From the NCBI GenBank assembly GCA_963702895.1, contig OY969767.1, positions 2,240,001 through 2,304,000 on the forward strand: DNA of 64,000 bases, written 5' to 3'. How positions within the stretch are numbered: the stretch's first letter is position 1; each line of letters begins with the position of its first letter. Below, one piece after another: positions 60,220-64,000 of this stretch. This stretch comes from an uncultured Elusimicrobia bacterium. Its GTDB lineage: Bacteria; Elusimicrobiota; Elusimicrobia; 2-01-FULL-59-12. The notes beneath the pieces were generated by a model. That model did not search any database and was not told the origin of the DNA. It worked only from the letters and a program-made list of their open reading frames with translations. Made by a program: the position numbers and the translations under genes.

Positions 60220-62126
60220 GCGGCCGCTCCCGATTGCAGCTTCCACTGCTCAAACCAGCTCTTGAGCGACGGGTCTTTATTGATCTCACACATTCTTTCG
60301 TAGGCCCCGGCGGCCTCGTTGACCATGCCCTGGGCCGCGTAAGAACTCCCCAAATACTGATAGGCCTGCCAATGGTCAGGCTGGGCCTGGATGGCCTCAT
60401 GAAAGCTGCGAATGGCTTCCGCCAAGAGGCCCTGCGCGAAGAAGGCGGTGCCCGCTTGGAATCTCGCCTCCGCCTCGGCGGGATCCACCTTGGCTGGAGG
60501 GGGGGCGGCTTTGCCAAGACTCAAATGCAGAGGCTCCGTATCATCAGCCGCCTCCTCGCCTTCGAGGATGCCCATCTTTTGTTTCTTGCGGATGCTGATT
60601 TTGTTTTCTTTTTCGAGCTTGGTGATGATGTCCATGAGCTTTTTACGCTCATCCTCAATCTGCTCCATGGAAAGCGGTCGGCCATAATCCATGGATTCCT
60701 TGAGCAGTGCGGCGGCGCCCGCCGACATATTGTTGAAGAACTTGTTGATGTAATCCACCGGCGCTTCGCGCAGCGCCCGCGCGAGCTGCTCCGTACCGAT
60801 TTCGCGAACGATGCCCTGGACCGCCTGGTCCGGGAATTTGAGAATGTCCTCAAAGAGGATGACTTCTTCTCGGACGCGCTCATAGAGCTGCGGTTTCTCA
60901 TTGCGGAGGTAATCCAGAATATTTTCCCGGGTGGTCTTATCAGCCTCATTGAGGATCTTCACGAGGTTTTCAATGCCGCCTAAGACGAAATCGACTTTTT
61001 TCTTAACGTATTCATCGATCGACATCACCTGTTCCAGGGAGGTTTGGCGGATGGTGGCCGTCTCCACAGCGACGCGCGCCTGAAGCTCCGGTGGAAACGA
61101 GGAAAAGATCTCTTTGGCGAACTCCGGTTTGAGGTACGACAGGACGAGCGACACGATCCACGGTTCTTCCTTACGAAGGAGGTAGGCCAGCCCTTTGAGA
61201 TTTTGTTCCGAAACATATTTGAACGGCTCAAACTTTTTCATGGCTGCCTCCTCCTCCTCTAACTTCTGCTGTTCTTCTTCGGTGAGCACCCCATCCCCTT
61301 CTCCGCTGCCCCCTCCTCCACCCCCTTCTTGCTTACCTTCATTTTCATTGGCCATCTCCTGTTCGCTTTCCTCTTTCATCGTGGTCATCTGCTCAATGCG
61401 TTGCGTCTTGTCTTCGAGGGCGGCGTTGAGCCGGCGGAAAAAGCTTGCCAGAGGCCCCCAGAGGAAGAGTAAGAGCCACAAGGTCAGGGCGATGGGAATG
61501 ATCCATTTGGGCGCGAGCAATTGCTGCCAGGCCGTCTCGCTAAAGGTCGTGGGGGTGAAGACCATCTGATTTTCCGTGACTTTCAGAAGCGCGATGATGG
61601 CTTGCTTGACTGCCAGAAGCTTATCTCCAGGAACTTTGTTGTCATAGAGCACCGTCACCAGCAGTTTTTTGATGGTCGTCCGGACTTCGACGCGCTTCTG
61701 AAGCATTTGCCCTCCGGATTCTTGAGAGGAGCCGCCACGATCCTCCTCCTGCTGAAACGGAGACTTGGGCATGGGAACGCCAGGGACAAGGACTTTGGCT
61801 TGCGGGAGGGGCAGGGCTTCGCCCGTGTCTGTCTCGCTCTTTTTTTTGTCGCTCTTTTTCTTTTCCATCCCCAATTCAGAGGCCCGCGATTCAAGACCCA
61901 TCTCCACATCCACGATCACGACCGCTTTTCCCGGGCCTAAGATTTTGTCCAGGACGTTTTCCTGCAGGTATTCCGTCTTTTCCTTCTCAAATTTGGATTC
62001 TTGCTCGAGGAGCATCATATCGGGGGAGAGCCCGGAGGACGCCGCTGGCGAGGCCGACTGCCCCACGGCCGCCCAGACGATCCCGCTGGTCAGCAGGAAC
62101 GATGCAAAAAGTAAATGGATTCGCAT
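60216..62126 (-). CDS. FliF(C-terminal ring)-TM-FliG(M/C)-TPR fusion protein
   Basis: Signal peptide; LDKILGPGKAVVIVDV and IKKLLVTVLYD (FliF RBM3-like); TM; PFKYV...EEPWIVSLVLSYL, GGIE..VKILN, LFEDI and FFNNMS (FliG); C-terminal TPRs. Confidence 0.85.
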   Translation of the reverse strand: MRIHLLFASFLLTSGIVWAAVGQSASPAASSGLSPDMMLLEQESKFEKEKTEYLQENVLDKILGPGKAVVIVDVEMGLESRASELGMEKKKSDKKKSETDTGEALPLPQAKVLVPGVPMPKSPFQQEEDRGGSSQESGGQMLQKRVEVRTTIKKLLVTVLYDNKVPGDKLLAVKQAIIALLKVTENQMVFTPTTFSETAWQQLLAPKWIIPIALTLWLLLFLWGPLASFFRRLNAALEDKTQRIEQMTTMKEESEQEMANENEGKQEGGGGGGSGEGDGVLTEEEQQKLEEEEAAMKKFEPFKYVSEQNLKGLAYLLRKEEPWIVSLVLSYLKPEFAKEIFSSFPPELQARVAVETATIRQTSLEQVMSIDEYVKKKVDFVLGGIENLVKILNEADKTTRENILDYLRNEKPQLYERVREEVILFEDILKFPDQAVQGIVREIGTEQLARALREAPVDYINKFFNNMSAGAAALLKESMDYGRPLSMEQIEDERKKLMDIITKLEKENKISIRKKQKMGILEGEEAADDTEPLHLSLGKAAPPPAKVDPAEAEARFQAGTAFFAQGLLAEAIRSFHEAIQAQPDHWQAYQYLGSSYAAQGMVNEAAGAYERMCEINKDPSLKSWFEQWKLQSGAAA

Positions 62127-62136
62127 TCTTGTGACA

Positions 62137-62165
62137 AGTCTAGCCTGCCCCTTTGGGAGTTTCAA
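62137..62165 (-). promoter_or_regulatory. Sigma70-like promoter of the motor operon
   Basis: TTGAAA-17 nt-TAGACT, ending 10 nt before ATG 62126. Confidence 0.5.
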
Positions 62166-62251
62166 TGACGTAAAGAAAGTTTTACAGCTAAAAACGAGCT
62201 GTTAAGTAGACGTGTTTTTATGGGTCTAGAAGTGCAGCTGGGTTGGCGAGA

Positions 62252-62560
62252 TTAACCGTATTTGTAAGACACGCCGAAACCGCCACGCGGCGGCTCCCAT
62301 GCGATGTTATTGAAAGGGCAGAGCATGCGCGCCGCTCCGCATTCAATACAGTTTTCGTAGGCGAGGATGATCTTCTGCTTGTCCTGGTCCCAGGTGTAGA
62401 CCCCGGCGGGGCAAGCGCTCACGCAGGGCTTGTTGGGACATCCAAGGCAGACCTGCGGGTCGATAATCTTGATGTGGGTTTGGTGATCGTTCTTATACGT
62501 GAGAAGCCCTAATTTGGCTTCAAGCGTCATGGGTTTTGGATTTTCTGCCATCTTAGCCAA
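62252..62560 (-). CDS. fixX: FixX-like ferredoxin
   Basis: CPAGVY, ENCIECGA and PRGGFGVSYKYG. Confidence 0.9.
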   Translation of the reverse strand: MAKMAENPKPMTLEAKLGLLTYKNDHQTHIKIIDPQVCLGCPNKPCVSACPAGVYTWDQDKQKIILAYENCIECGAARMLCPFNNIAWEPPRGGFGVSYKYG

Positions 62561-63848
62561 TCGCCTTTCTAAGACTCAGCGCGTCCTTCACCATACGGAA
62601 GAGCCCACGTTCCTTGCGGAAGAGGCGGAAAATGCGCCGCTGGTGGTCCCGCTTGGGATGGCCGTCGACAAGAAAATATTCTTTGGCCGCCTCCGTGACC
62701 AAGCGCGGATAGACGGTGAGCATATCGCGGTTTTCACGCACTTTTTCTTCGATGTCCTTGTGGTCTTTCATATCAATGAGGACAAAGGAGCGGTCCAGTT
62801 TTTTGCGGTAGAGCGAAAGCATCTTGGAAGTGAAATCATTTTTTTTCTTCGCTTCGATGGCTGTTTCGGCCGCCAACTTCCCGGCAGCCATGGCAAGGTT
62901 GGAGCCTTCCCGGTGTGTGGGGTTGATCATTTGCGCGGCATCCCCAGCGATGAGCATCCCATCCGTATACAAGGGAGGCATGACGTTGTAGCCCCCTTCC
63001 GGAATCAGATGGGCCGAGTATTCCAGAGGCGTGGCGCCCTGGAGATAGCGTCGCAGGAGCGGATGACGTTTGAGTTCCTCAAGCAAGTCATAAGGTTTGA
63101 TGTTCGTTTTTTGAAAATCGTCCAGGGCGCACCCGATCCCTAAGGAGATGGATTCTTTGTTGGTATACATGAAAGCGTATCCCAGCATGCCCTTGGTGAT
63201 ATCCCCGACCATCTCGAAGGTCGAACCCTGATCCCCTTCGAGGCAGAAGCGGTCTTCGATCTTCTCCCGCGCCAGTCCCAGGACTTCCTTCACGGCAAGG
63301 GCCACTTCCGTCGGCTTCCATTCGCGCGCAAGTCCCGCTTTTTGGGCGAGGATCGAATTCACCCCATCGCAAGCGATGACCACGCTTCCGTAGAGCTCAT
63401 CGCCTTCGGTGGATTTCACTCCGACCACCGCGCCTTCTTTCTTGAGGACGTCCTGAATCGTGACGCCGGTCAGAAGAGTGACACCCGCTTCCTCCGCTTT
63501 CTTGGAATACCACCGGTCAAACTCGGTACGGATAATGGTGTAGCTGTTGGCGGGCGGCTGGTCATAATCGGCGGACTTATAAGCCACTTGAAGGCTTGAG
63601 GTGGCGGTCATGACCATCGCGCGCTCTTCGATGATGGCCCGCTCCAGGGGGCAGTCCTTCCAGAATTCAGGAATGACATCGGCGAGCATCTTGGAGTAGA
63701 GAACAGCCCCTTGGACATTTTTAGCCCCAGGATAGTCCCCTCGCTCAAGGAGCGCAACGGAGAGCCCGCCTCGGGCCGCCGTGATGGCAGCGGAAACCCC
63801 TGCGGGCCCCGCTCCTACAACGATACAGTCAAAGTTGTCGTCTGCCAT
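62553..63848 (-). CDS. fixC: FixC-like flavoprotein (ETF-quinone oxidoreductase)
   Basis: VGAGPAG, ERGDYPGAKN, YSAHLIPEGG and AGDAA. Confidence 0.92.
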   Translation of the reverse strand: MADDNFDCIVVGAGPAGVSAAITAARGGLSVALLERGDYPGAKNVQGAVLYSKMLADVIPEFWKDCPLERAIIEERAMVMTATSSLQVAYKSADYDQPPANSYTIIRTEFDRWYSKKAEEAGVTLLTGVTIQDVLKKEGAVVGVKSTEGDELYGSVVIACDGVNSILAQKAGLAREWKPTEVALAVKEVLGLAREKIEDRFCLEGDQGSTFEMVGDITKGMLGYAFMYTNKESISLGIGCALDDFQKTNIKPYDLLEELKRHPLLRRYLQGATPLEYSAHLIPEGGYNVMPPLYTDGMLIAGDAAQMINPTHREGSNLAMAAGKLAAETAIEAKKKNDFTSKMLSLYRKKLDRSFVLIDMKDHKDIEEKVRENRDMLTVYPRLVTEAAKEYFLVDGHPKRDHQRRIFRLFRKERGLFRMVKDALSLRKAIG

Positions 63849-64000
63849 AGGTGATATCCACTGAAGAAATTTGAACAGCCCGGGAAATTGGAAAATCTGA
63901 GCATACAGAATTCACCATTCAACGTCAAACAAACTCAGGGGACCCTGGGCAGGGGGCAGGGCATCGGGGACAGAAAAAAACCGTTGGGGCATTTTTTACC

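Overview
GC-rich genome segment from a diderm bacterium; gene content suggests Elusimicrobiota or similar, which is inference only. It has three parts. (1) 1-~32 kb is an accessory surface-protein region next to tRNA-Tyr and tRNA-Thr. It holds two related cassettes, each with a Cys-rich repeat protein, a PpiC/SurA-like lipoprotein, IS256-type insertion(s), an uncharacterised lipoprotein, a palindromic element and a fibre gene or its relic. It also holds a 4695-aa modular fibre-like protein, an FN3 protein with a T9SS/FlgD-type C-terminal domain, a PorV-like barrel, and a small-protein/aspartyl-protease pair. (2) 32-58 kb is housekeeping: rlmB, cysS, ispF, ispD, PIN/TRAM, radA, mlaDFE, alr, dnaB, rplI, rpsR, ssb, rpsF, ftsB, eno, a phosphomutase, a receiver protein, a ManC-ManB fusion, PBP1A and ppdK. 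Palindromic repeats are scattered through it, some in frame inside genes. (3) 58-64 kb is a stand-alone motor operon followed by fixX and fixC. The operon encodes a natural FliF(ring)-FliG-TPR fusion, FlbD, an unannotated small membrane protein, MotA and MotB, with no other flagellar gene in the window. It is the best candidate for an undescribed system. All calls come from reading the sequence and recognising motifs; no searches were run.
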